Origin: Chiloscyllium plagiosum
Lineage: Eukaryota
Assembly: GCF_004010195.1 (NCBI RefSeq)
Contig: NC_057718.1
Span: forward strand, 94,026,039 to 94,090,038
Reading direction: 5' to 3'
DNA length: 64,000 nt
This document shows positions 39,050 through 50,452 of this stretch, one piece after another (the stretch's first letter is position 1; each line of letters starts with the position of its first letter). The notes under the pieces were generated by a model, which did not search any database, had not been told where the DNA came from, and worked only from the letters and a program-made list of their open reading frames with translations. Both the position numbers and the translations under genes were made by a program.

Positions 39050-39256
39050 AAGTTAAAAATCACACAACATCAGGTTAAAGTCCAACAGGTTTAATTGGAA
39101 GCACACGAACTTTCGGAGCATTGCTCCTTCATCAGGTGGTAGTGGAGTGCTCAATCCTAACCCACAGAATTTATAGCAAAAATTTACAGTGTGATGTAAC
39201 TGAAATTATACATTTAAAAATTGATTGTCTGTTAAGCCTTTCATCTGTTAGAATAT
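39050..39256 (-). mobile_element. Single-arm PLE element (family A) with hammerhead at 39104-39138
   Basis: Minus strand reads CAC-CTGATGA-A-GGAGC(AAT)GCTCC-GAAAGTTC-GTG. TSD GCTCAGTATG 39040-39049 / 39257-39266. Confidence 0.85.
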
Positions 39257-40464
39257 GCTCAGTATGGGGTAGAACAGGGCCAGTGGAATTATGAGCAAAT
39301 TGAAGCTTATATGGAGTTAACTTGAGAGGTGGATGAGGAACACTGGGGAGGCTGAGTCTTGTTGGTGAAGAGAGCCACTTTGAATCCATTCTGCCCTCTG
39401 GAGTTCGTTTCTTCTGCTAACATGTCCTTTGTGGATGGATCACAAGACCACATCACTTACAGACTTCAATATGTTAATGCTTCTTCACATGATAGTGCTT
39501 TGCATTCCATTCAATGCACTTTAAATATCTCACATTCTATCAGGGCCCAAACAATGCAGTTTAATGTTTGCTTTGGTTAAGATAGCTATTTAGGACCTAA
39601 CCCTTGAAAACCGATTTACCTTGGATAACAGATAAGGTTGTTGAACTCCCCTGCACTGACACCCTTACATGGGATAATGTAGCTTTGCAAATTGCTATTT
39701 GTGTTTATGTAATGCTTTTAGCCATGAAGCTAAAACAAATTTGACTCGTGTACTACCTGGAGGCATCATCAAAAGGCTCCGACAATCCGAAGAAAACCTC
39801 CATCAAATAAATGTGTTGTCTTTATTATTATCACAAATACAGCCCACCATTTTGGAAATAGGCCCCTTCAAACGCCAATGATACAAGCAACGAGTTAATT
39901 GACTTTAACATCGGGGCAATGCAGACGAAACTTTGACAGAAGGAGCTCTTCACTCTTCTTTAAGGAGCTCCAGGAGGTCTTTAAACGTTGACCTGAATCA
40001 GACCTCAGTTTACTATCTCATCTGAAGGACAGCATCACCAACTGTCTCACTAAGAAAGGATCAGCTTAAGCTGCGTTGTAAAATATTAATGGCTTGAACC
40101 TAAGGCCTTCTGGCTCAGACACAAAAGTACTAAATTGTGCTAAACTGATGGATTAGACAAGTATAAATTTGGCCCTGCTGTGACTGCCTGCTGCTCTCCC
40201 TCTGGGATAATGTGCTGTGACAGCATGAGCATACTATATTGAAACAGCATCCTGGTTTACAACTCTCCTGTTTATATTTTCAACAACTTCATCTTTTACA
40301 TGATCATGAGAGAGTAGGACCTACCCCATTTTAACTCTGTTTCTCTCTGGGAGTTTCTTGTTTTCTTTGCTGTGACTGTTTTGTTTTTTTTCCTGAACGG
40401 ATGTTTTCTCTCTCTTTCTGTTGAGCCTGTTCTGTTGTATACCTTCCTTTTTATGGCTTGTTTT

Positions 40465-41265
40465 GAATTTGATTTGATTTGTTTTACTATTGTCACATGT
40501 ACCCAGGTACAGTGAAAACTTTCATTTTGCGTGCAGTGCAAACAGATAGTAACATTCAAAGTGCATTGGAGTAATAGAACAGAGTGAGGAATACAATGTT
40601 AGGGCTGCAGAGAAGATGCACAGACAGTGACATCAACAACACATTATAATTTGAGAGGTCAATTCAGAAGTCTAATAACAGCGAGGAAGAAGATGTTCTT
40701 GAGCCTGTTGGTACGTATGTTTAGATGTGTCTTCAGCCCAATGAAAGAGGGTGGAAGAAATTATAATCGCATTGGGAGGGGTCTTTGATGATGTTGACTG
40801 CCTTCCAAAGGCAGTAAGAACTATAGATGGAGTCAATGGATGGAACGTTGGCTTGCGTCATGGACTGGGCTGTGTTCACAACTCTCTGTAAGCTCTTCCT
40901 GTCCTGGGCAGAGCAGTTTCTATACTGAACCCGGATGTATTTGAATAGAATGCTTTCTATAGTACATTTATTAAAACTGATAGGAGTCTTTACAGATATG
41001 CCAAATTTCCTTAGCCTCCTGAGGAAGTAGAGGCATTGATGTGCTTTCATGACCATCACATCAATTTGGGTAGACCAGGAGAGATTGTTGGTGATCATCA
41101 CTCCCAGGAACTCCTCACTCTCGATCATCTCCACCTTAGCATCATTGCTGTAGACAGCAGTGTGCACTGCACCTTGCTTCCTGAAGTCAATGGCTAATTC
41201 TTTCATTTTGCTCATGTTAAGGGAGAGATTCTTTATAACACACCATCAAACACACTATCTCTTTC
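40465..41265 (-). mobile_element. Rex1/Babar-like LINE 3' part
   Basis: ORF 40733-41215 (KELAIDFRK...LYFLRRLRKFG) with an (AAATC)n tail. Confidence 0.82.
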
Positions 41266-41329
41266 CTGTATTCTGTCTCATCCACGTGAAGTGCACAAGA
41301 ATCATGATCAGTCCAAGACTTGGTCTACC

Positions 41330-41662
41330 ATTTTCAACGCTGACTGGTCAGTTATTCTTATTCTGTGAAGACTCCTGGGCGCATTCTGCTGGAAGAGTGG
41401 TGCTGGTGCCAAATGCAGTTCCATTTTAAGATGTACAAGAACTTGTGTTTTTTTTTGCTTTTTTTTTGGTGTTGCTTTGCACAGTGTTAGGATTTGTTTG
41501 TATTATAGGGTAGGTTAGTAATTAGTAGACAGTAGTTGTATTGTAATTTGTGTTTTTTTTTCTTTTTATTATTCTGATATTTGTTATTGATTGTACTTTT
41601 CAATAATTTTATATGTTTGTAAAGTTAAAAGATTTGCTAATAAATATGTTTACAAAAAAAAA
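41330..41662 (+). mobile_element. Probable L1/Tx1-type 3' end
   Basis: T/G-rich 3' UTR, AATAAA near 41639 followed by poly(A). Confidence 0.4.
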
Positions 41663-41794
41663 CATTTCAAAACAATACCAGTCATTTCCATGTCTTACTG
41701 GTATTTCCTTTGATTTCTGTATAATTTACAAATGTGTTCAAATGTTGACTATTTAGTTAAAAAAAAGACTGTTTGATATCTTTGAAATATCCTT

Positions 41795-42068
41795 CATGGG
41801 ATCATACAGTGCAGAAACGGGCCATTTGGCCCATCAAGTCCACACAACCCCTGTGCAGAGCATCCCACACAGACCCACCCCATCCTTGCATTCTAGCGCG
41901 CACATCCCTGGACACTATGGGCATGTAGCACGGCCAATCCACCTGAGCCGCACAACTTGGACTGTGGGAGGAAAGTAGAGCACGGTCACAGGGAGAGTGT
42001 GCAAACACCACACTGACAGTCGCCAAAGGTTGGAATTGAACCTGGGTCCCTGGCACTGTGAGGCATTG
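41795..42068 (-). mobile_element. HE1-related SINE
   Basis: Reverse complement of the B box GGTTCAATTCC and the SINE body. Confidence 0.75.
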
Positions 42069-42843
42069 AGTCTGACCTGGACAGAACTGGGCCACGAGGA
42101 AGAAAAAGACATTTGGTTCCCCATTTGTCTTGATTTAACTAACTTTGGTATTGAGGCTTGTATCACAGGCAATAAAATTTGCCCAAGTGAAGGAAAGAAA
42201 GGTATCAGGTGCTCGATCACGACACAATCGTGTCAGGTGAAGAGTACATCTGTGTGAATATAGGTTCTGACTGGATTTGGATTTCAATATGCTTTAATGC
42301 TCAACTGGTTTGTTTAGATACATTAGCTAACATCCAATTTCAGCAGGTAATTAGGAAGGCAAATGGAATGTTGACTTTTATTTCAAAGGGAATAGAGTAT
42401 AAGAATAGGAGGTTTTGTTAAAACTACGGAAGGCACTAGTCAGACCACAGCTCGATGACTGTGAACAATTTAGTGACCCTGACTTAAGGTAAAAATATAT
42501 TGGTACTGGAGGCAGTTCACAGAAGGTTCACTATGTTGATACCAGGTATGGAGGGACTGTCTTAAGAAGAGAAGTTGAGTAAATTGGACCTGTACTCATT
42601 CGAGTACAGAAAATTGAGAAGTGACCTTACTGAAGGATACAAGATATTAAGTGGGCTTGACAGAGTCAATGCAGGGATGTTGTTTCCCCTTGTGGGAGAA
42701 TCTAGAACCACAGGGAATAATCTCGGAAAGAGGGGTCAGACATTTAAGACAGAGATGAGGAAGAATTTCTTCTGTCAGAGGGGAGTGATGCTGTGGAGAT
42801 CCTTACCACAGAGGGCTGCTGAGGCTGGTTCATTACAGAAAGT

Positions 42844-43942
42844 AAAAAAAAATCACACAACACCTGGTTAAAGTCCAACAGGATTAATTGGAAGCACTAG
42901 CTTTCGGAGCACCGCTCCTTCATCAGGTGGTTGTGGAGGACACAATTGTAAGGCACAGAATTTATAGCAAAAGTTTACAGTGTGATGTAACTGAAATTAT
43001 ACATTTCATCTGTTCAAATACCATGATAGTTTCATTTCTTTCATGTGTAAATCACAAAACCTTTTTTTAAAAAGTTGCATTCTCAGGTTAACTGTAACAA
43101 TGGGTGTTAGTTAGACAATATGTTGAAGGTGTTAGCCCTCTGTGTTCTTTGTTTGTGCCATGATGTTTAGATTGATTCTAATCTAGAAAGTGAGTTTTAT
43201 GTGAATTCATGCAGTTTTTGAGCAAAGTACAATGTAACTCTGCAAGTACAAATTCACCCCACAAACATATATGTATATGTGTGAATGTGGGTCTTTGTGT
43301 GTGTGTGTGTGTAGGAGTGTCTGTGTGTGTGTAGTGCAGACTTAAGACACTCTACATTCACTACACACACATATACACTCTCTCTCACACTCACAACCCT
43401 CCAACCCAGACACAAAGACCCACATGCACACATATACATATATGTTTGTGGGGTGAATTTGTACTTGCAGAGTTACATTATACTTTGCTCAAAAGCTACA
43501 TGAATTCATGTAAAACTGTTATCTCACTTTTTAGATTAGAATCAATCTAAACATCATGGTACAGACAGAGAACACAGGGGGTTAACACCTTCAACATATT
43601 GTCTAGCTATCACCAATTGTTACAGTTAACTTGAGAATGCAACTTTTTTTTAAAAAAGTTTTGTGATTTACACATGAAAGAAGTGAAACTATCATGGTAT
43701 TCGAACAGATGAAAGACTCAACAGACAATCAAGGTATTTTTCAATGTATAATTTCAGTTACATCACACTGTAAACTTTTGCTATAAATTCTGTGCCTTAC
43801 AATTGTGTCCTCCACAACCACCTGATGAAGGAGCGGTGCTCCGAAAGCTAGTGCTTCCAATTAAACCTGTTGGACTATAACCTGGTGTTGTGTGATTTTT
43901 AACTTTCGTACACCCCAGTCCAACACCAGCATCTCCAAATCA
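42844..43942 (+). mobile_element. 1.1-kb Penelope-like fold-back (family A) with a hammerhead in each arm
   Basis: Arms ~42844-43336 / 43360-43906, 36-nt tail 43907-43942, TSD TCATTACAGAAAGT 42830-42843 / 43943-43956. Confidence 0.9.
43816..43856 (+). ncRNA. Minimal type I hammerhead ribozyme motif (mirror copy on the minus strand at 42895-42929)
   Basis: CAC-CTGATGA-A-GGAGC(GGT)GCTCC-GAA-AGCT-A-GTG. CUA triplet ends at 43850. Confidence 0.8.
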
Positions 43943-43956
43943 TCATTACAGAAAGT

Positions 43957-44335
43957 TATGAACACAGCCCAGACCATCACAGTTGCTGCAGAAAGGCTGC
44001 CAACATCATCAAAGAACCCTCCCACTCCAGTAATACTTTCTTCCAGCCTCTCCCATCAGGCAGAAGATACGGAAGCTTGAATACACGGACCAACATTTTC
44101 AAGAACAGCTTCTTCTCTGCTGTTATTAAACTGCTGAATGGACCTCTCTAATTTCAATTTAATATTGACCTTGCTTTTGTGCATCTCCTGTGCAGCTGTA
44201 ACCATGTATGCCTCACTCTGTCTAAGCACCCTTTGATCTGTTTGTCCTTGTATGTTATTAACAGTCTGTACTGCTTACAAAACAAAACTTTTTACTGCAC
44301 TTAGGTACATGTGACAGCAATAAATCAAATCAAAC
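43957..44335 (+). mobile_element. Rex1/Babar-like LINE 3' end
   Basis: LQKVMNTAQTIT matches the 40733-41215 peptide. CAATAAATCAAATCAAA tail. Confidence 0.78.
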
Positions 44336-44839
44336 TAAGTATATTCAAGGTGGAGATAGACAGACTTTTAATCAGAAGGAAGTCAAGGGTTCTGGGGAAA
44401 AAGCAGAAAAGTAGGATTGGCAATTATCAGATCAGTGATTATCTCACTAAATGACGGAGCAGACCTAATGGGCTAAATGGCTACTTCTGCTCTGATGTCC
44501 TTTGATTTTATAGCAACCCAGGCATGATGAATTGATACCAGAGCAAAGTGGAGCTCACCAACAAGGGTGGCTAGATGAGGAAGAATCTTTTCTCCCAGAG
44601 GGTCATTGGCACTTGCAATTCTCTTTACCAAAGAGCACCTGGAGGTTGGGTCATTGAATGTATTCAAGGCTGAGTTCAACAGATATTTAATTGACAGGGG
44701 AATCAAAAGTGATGTGGGTCATAGAGGAGTTTGGAGATAAGGTGACAATTCATTTAGCTGTGATCCTAATGAATGATGGAACAGGGATAAAGAAGCAATG
44801 GACTACATTTTAAAGTGGTTCTCATATTCAGGAAAAAGG

Positions 44840-45243
44840 AAAAATTGCACTTCTATAGCACCTTTACAAACAGCAGCTTTATAATAATGAAGTCCTTTGG
44901 ACATGCAGTCACCGTCGTATGCAGCAGCTAATTTCTGGAGAGCATGGTCTTACAAGCCATAATGTTTGATGATCGAGCAATGAATATTAGCCAGGGCACC
45001 AGAGATGACTCCCTTGCCTTTCTTCAGAATTATACAACAAAATCAATTATGTGCACTTTAGAGAACAGACAGGACCTACATTCAACCTTCTGTCCAAAAA
45101 GCAGCATCGCTGACAGTGTCGCACTCCTTCAATATTGCCCTGGAACATCAGCCTAGATCTTTCTGTTTGAATCTCTGGAATGAGGCTTGAACCCACCAGC
45201 ACTCTGACTCAGCAGCAAGACTGTTACTGAGTGACAGTGGACA
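44840..45243 (-). mobile_element. DeuSINE (SacSINE1-like) relic
   Basis: tRNA-like head (minus-strand GGGTTCAAGCC), Deu-like core and L2-type tail. Confidence 0.6.
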
Positions 45244-47047
45244 CAATGCAGAGGTGGCATGGTGAACACAGCGGTAAGCATGACACACTTCCAATCGTAC
45301 GTTCTGAGTTTTTTTATAGAAAGAAAAAACAGCTCTCCTTACATAATAGGTTCATGGACTGGCTGTGGAAAAGTATCCTTGTGACTGAATTTCTGTGCAG
45401 CAGCAACAGCAGTGGAACGTTTACGCTACAGCTATGTTGATTGGATTCCGAGGTATTTATCATTGCCTAAAACTGCTGCCCGAAACAACATGACATGTCG
45501 ACGCAAGACCTGCATTTTGAACTGACATACTGAAAAGCGTCTGAGCCACATGTTTATAAAGAACATAGATTCCACTTCCATCACTCATTCGGACATTCAA
45601 ATGTTGCTCGTCACCTTGACATTTCAGCGGGAACAATGAGCACACTAACCTTTTTGTTTAAGGGCACTTTGTCTGCAATGAACTTGTGCAAATAAATATC
45701 AGGGCGATGGCGGTCCAGGTACACTTGACCTTGGAGAGTGTGTGACCTTTCGCGAGAGATTTGTTGGAAAAGATTTACAAAAAGATTTAAGGCATGGTTT
45801 ATTAATTGCTTTAAAGGAAATTTGGCATATTAATTTGTCAGCATTGAGATTTTTTTCCCGTTTCCTCATTAACAACGAATTGATGAAACTCTCTTGACGA
45901 ACAAAATACTTTGCACATATGGTACTGGCAAACCTTCATTCCGTATTATGACTGTGAATGGCATGGCATCTAATGCAGAGACTCAGCTGGTCAGTGAAGC
46001 TATTGATGTACTGTATATACTGTGTAAGCCAGCAGATTTCTTGAAAGAGAAAAAGGCTGTTTGGAGTTACAACAAAAAAAGTAGATAGAAATTAGTTTAT
46101 ACAAGTCGAGCCAAACAATTTAGTGCTGTGAGAATGTTGAGCAAGCTTGTGACTTTAGTATCATTGTGAGGGGGCAAGTTGTGCCAGTTGAGCTAAGTGA
46201 ATTGTTCCTCTGCATGTTCATTTACACTGAAATAAAATAGCTTAATGATTCACACCAGGCTCTTATCCTGACAAGCATTTACTCAGTCTGCTTTTGAGGA
46301 AACACAAATGAGCAATATAATTATTTGGCTCAAGTTACAAGAGGATACACAATTGTACAAGTTGAGATAGGCCGTTGTGAATCCATTGCCATAAAAGTAA
46401 GACACTTGGACCTCTTGATCCTACTGAAGTTATCAAGAGCAAATACAAATTTGCTACTCAAAGTTCAATGCACTTTTTCACCTATTTTCCAATCACGCGT
46501 TGAAAATGATGCACACAATTATTCACTTTGCTAAACTGTATAATACTCCTTAATGTCAACCTCAGACGTCACCTTGATAGGCATTCGTTCAATAATTTTG
46601 GGATAAGGATTTGATATGAATCATTAAGATGCTTCACCTTACCTCTCCATTTCTCTGAAGCTTTTTCCCTGTATCCCGTCAGGTCCAAGGCCTTGGTACT
46701 CCCTAAAGTCTATTCCCAGACCTGGAATGAAAATCAAAGCTCACCAATGGAATGCTGCCCTGCCAGACATCTCAGCTGGAAGTAGAAGATCCCAAGGCAT
46801 CAATTTGAAGAAGACCAGCCTGTGTCCCAACCAATATCCATCTCTCAAACAATATCACAGACATGGATTTTTAAACATTTCCCCCACTGTATTTAGATGT
46901 CACTGGCAAGACTAGTGCTTGTTACCCATTCTCAATTGCCCTTGAATTGAGAGGCTTGCCCAGGCATTGTTTATTTACCTACAGTGACTGGGCAACCATT
47001 GCATAGAATGTGGGGGGTCAGCTCTTAGTTGAGTAGTGAGAAACACA

Positions 47048-47382
47048 GAATGATAGAATGCCTGCAGTCTGTGAAGGAGGCCATTTGACCCATGGACTCC
47101 ACCTCAGTCCTCTGAAGAGCATCACACCCAGACCCACCTATCCCTATAATCCTGCATTTTCCATGGCTAATCCAACTAGCCTGTAGATCCCTGGACACTA
47201 TGGACAATTTTAGCATGGCCAATCCACCTAACCTGTACATCTTTAGATTGTGAGAGGAAACTCATACAGACACGAGGAGAACATGCAAACTCCACACAGA
47301 CAGTTGCCAGAGGCTAGAATCAAACCTGGGTCCCTAGCACTGTGAGGTAGCAGGGCTAACCACTGAGCCATCGTGCCACCCG
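47048..47382 (-). mobile_element. HE1-related SINE
   Basis: Ends ...CCACTGAGCCATCGTGCCACCC. Confidence 0.85.
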
Positions 47383-47648
47383 AACTGTGGGATTGTAGGG
47401 GTGAGCTCTGGATTGGGTTTGAAGGTGGCAGGATGGTCACCTGACCCATTTACACACAAATCCTGGCATGTAATATCCAGGTAGTGAACTAAAATCTGGA
47501 TAAACATCCCAAAAAACTTCTTCCAATGTGTCTTATAAGCCCACATCAACACATGATGTCAACAGCAAATTTCATTGAAAGCTGCGCATTAGGGCTGTTG
47601 TAATGCAATGGTAGTATCCCAGCCTCTATGCCAGGCAACCCAAGTTCA

Positions 47649-47788
47649 GAGTTCTGAGGAACGGTCACTCGACCTGAAATGTTAACTCTGATTTCTCTTC
47701 ACAGGTGCTGCCAGACCCGCTGAACTTGCTCAGCAATTTCTGTTTTCATTTCCAATATACAGCATCCGTAGTTCAGTCAGTTTCTATT
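47649..47788 (+). mobile_element. Single-arm PLE-hammerhead element (family C) inserted in the B box of a short tRNA SINE (47592-47860)
   Basis: GAGTT-CTGAGGA-A-CGGTC(ACTC)GACCT-GAAATGTT-AACTC. TSD CAACC(C/G)AAGTTCA 47636-47648 / 47789-47801. Confidence 0.8.
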
Positions 47789-47967
47789 CAACCGAAGTTC
47801 AAACCTCACCTACTCCAAAAGTGTGTCACAGCATTTCTGAATAGGTTGAATAGAAAAACATCTGAAAGAATATCTGAAACCTGAGCTTTCAGTTTAAATC
47901 TTCAGTAATGAACCTGTTTACTATTCAGCTTGTTTCTATTTGAAGATGTCGCTAAATGGCATCGGGC

Positions 47968-48090
47968 GGGGTGTTGTTGTGGTGCAGTGGTCGTGTCCCT
48001 ATCTCTGAAATAGGAGGCCAAGGTTCAAGTCCCACTGGCTGCAGAGGTATATCATAACATCTCTGAGCAGGTTGATGAGAAAAATATAAG
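47968..48090 (+). mobile_element. Short tRNA-derived SINE
   Basis: TGGTGCAGTGG A box, GGTTCAAGTCC B box. Same family as 47592-47860. Confidence 0.6.
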
Positions 48091-48876
48091 TGGAGTTAGC
48101 CAAAAACATGGTGAGCAGTTTCATTTAAGATCAATGGCAAGTAATGTAAATGTTAATAAGTCCCTTAACAATCATCCAATTTGCTATTCCCAATGCATTC
48201 CTTTATCAAACAATGTCTCATGCCAACTGTGGGCTAAATTGCAGTTGGAGTTCTAGAGAAAATGAAGAATTGCAAATGCTGGACATCTGAAACAAAACTT
48301 CGCCTCCACTTCCGTGAATATTTGCAGCCGTTCTATGTTTCACCTTTCTGTTTCCAATAGCACGTTGTTTTTGAGGTATTCCCTCCTTCACCATTTCTTC
48401 TCATTTTTTCCCTGGTCTGTCATGCCTAGACATATTCTAAACTAATGTTCATTTTCCACCCTTGTAAAATTTGCCATCAAGTCTGTTTTCATTGCTTGTA
48501 ACTGGTTGATTTGATATTTCACCTTTATGGTTTCCACATGTTGATCTACATTAGTTTTGCCCATCTGTACACAGTTTGTTCATATTCTCTCTGCTCACTT
48601 CCTTCTAACTGGGTCTACCTGCTTCCTCATTTCCCTATTAATTCATTTTGTCAGTATAGTAGCTTCCTTCCTGCCTCAGAGCCCCCTTACCTTATTGAAG
48701 AGAATCAACATTCTTCTGCCAGTACTAATACCAATGACATTAAAGTGAATATCATGTTCTCAAGGCTGTGCCTTTAGATGCATCTTCCAACACACACCAG
48801 AATGGTCTGCCATATTCTACCCTTTGGAAACCTTAATGCCATTCAAAACTTTGTTGTCTGCCTCTTAAGTCCCATT

Positions 48877-49116
48877 GCTGAAAATGTGTTGCTGGAAAAG
48901 CGCAGCAGGTCAGGCAGCATCCAGGGAACAGGAGAATCGACGTTTCGGGCATAAGTCCTTCTTCAGGAATGAGGAAAGTGTGCCCTGATTCCTGAAGAAG
49001 GGCTTATGCCCGAAACGTCGATTCTCCTGTTCCCTGGATGCTGCCTGACCTGCTGCGCTTTTCCAGCAACACATTTTCAGCTCTGACCTCCAGCATCTGC
49101 AGACCTCACTTTCTCC
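48877..49116 (+). mobile_element. PLE-derived double-hammerhead fold-back element (family B)
   Basis: 94-bp arms 48877-48970 / 48988-49081 (1 mismatch), 17-bp spacer, 35-bp tail, TSD (CC)TCTTAAGTCCCATT 48861-48876 / 49115-49130. Confidence 0.92.
48987..49024 (+). ncRNA. Minimal type I hammerhead ribozyme motif
   Basis: GATTC-CTGAAGA-A-GGGC(TTAT)GCCC-GAAACGTC-GATTC. Confidence 0.75.
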
Positions 49117-49679
49117 TCTTAAGTCCCATTCACCATTACCCCTTTCTGGTTGACCCATGTTGGTTCCCAGTCTCTACATCACCTTGATTTGAAAGTTCTC
49201 TTCCTTGTTTTCAAATCCTTCTATGTCCTCAACTCTCTCAATCTCTGTCTTTTTTCCAGCCTCAGCCACATTTAGCTAGTTCGAGCCCCGTGACCATCCA
49301 CAATTTTAACTGTTCCAGCATTTTCCCCTCCTTTGCCATAATATTTTCCCATCTTTCCACAATGTTCCTTACCAAGAGCTAACAAAGCAGCTGTGACTCT
49401 TAATGAATGTAAGAGCATATTGTATCCGCTCGTCTAACAATTATTGTCACAGTTCTACTTGCTGGATAGATTTCCAGACATTAGAGGAATAGAGGCTATT
49501 GCAGGAAAAAACTACATTGAGGTGGAAGATCAGTCAGGACATAGTTGAATAGCAAAGCAGGCTTGAAGGGCAGAATAGCCTACACTTCTGCCTATTTTTT
49601 GATGCCTATGTTAGCACTACAAGAGTGCAAATTGAATTGATAATTCCTCCAAACTTTCTGCAGCCATTGTATAAACCAT

Positions 49680-50452
49680 CTGATAATCCTGCTCAGAATC
49701 CTTATCAATCCGTCAGGAAGTCAATGACTCAAATGTGGGCAAGGACTATTTTTTACTGGAAATTCTGCTTGATTGGTCCAATGTAGTTCTATGAAGGCAA
49801 GGCTATGGTGAATATGAGATCATGCTAGCTAGCTAATCATGGGTGTAAATGTTTGGATCAGAAGCCATTGAACATCTAGAAAAGGAAACCTCTTCAGTTA
49901 AAAAAAAGGAAACCTCAAGTCTGAAGAAATCCAGTTTATTTCTCTTTATTAGTTACTGTGAGCTGTGGCTTTTAACCAATAAGCCAGAGACTTCGTAAGT
50001 GTGAACCAGTCGCTCTGTGACTCCTGCAAGCTGATGATCATATCTGGAAAAGGAAGACCAAAGAGAAGCAACATCTAAAAAGCCAAAAGGATCATCTCTG
50101 CAAATTCCATAGATAAAGACCATTGAATTGCCTTGCTAATCTCTCTCTCCAGGCAGAAGATATTTTTTGTGACTGTCTGTATGTATGTGGGGTTTTATAA
50201 GAGTGGGGTGTTAGAGTTTTAAGCAGTAAAGTTATATGTTGATGATTCATAATTGTTTACCTGTAGTTAAAATCCATTTATTTATAATAAATAGTAATAT
50301 GCAGAAACCTGATTTGTGCTTTCTGTCAACCTGGGTCTCAAAGACAGGATCATTAGGGAGTTTTACATACCTTAATAAAACCTTTAACTTTTGTGACTAC
50401 TCCAAGAATAATGGGGTTTGGTTTCCAAAATGCTACCCAGCGAATCATAACC
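49680..50452 (+). mobile_element. Possible decayed solo LTR
   Basis: End CATAAC(C)A resembles the reverse complement of the 19717 terminus. AATAAA near the end. 5' boundary uncertain. Confidence 0.3.

Larger units (their letters stand above)
42330..44505 (+). mobile_element. CR1 3' portion split by nested insertions (pieces 42330-42833 and 44336-44505)
   Basis: QQVIRKANGML...WRSLPQRAAEAGS. Resumes as AAGTATATTCAAGG after 44335. Confidence 0.78.
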
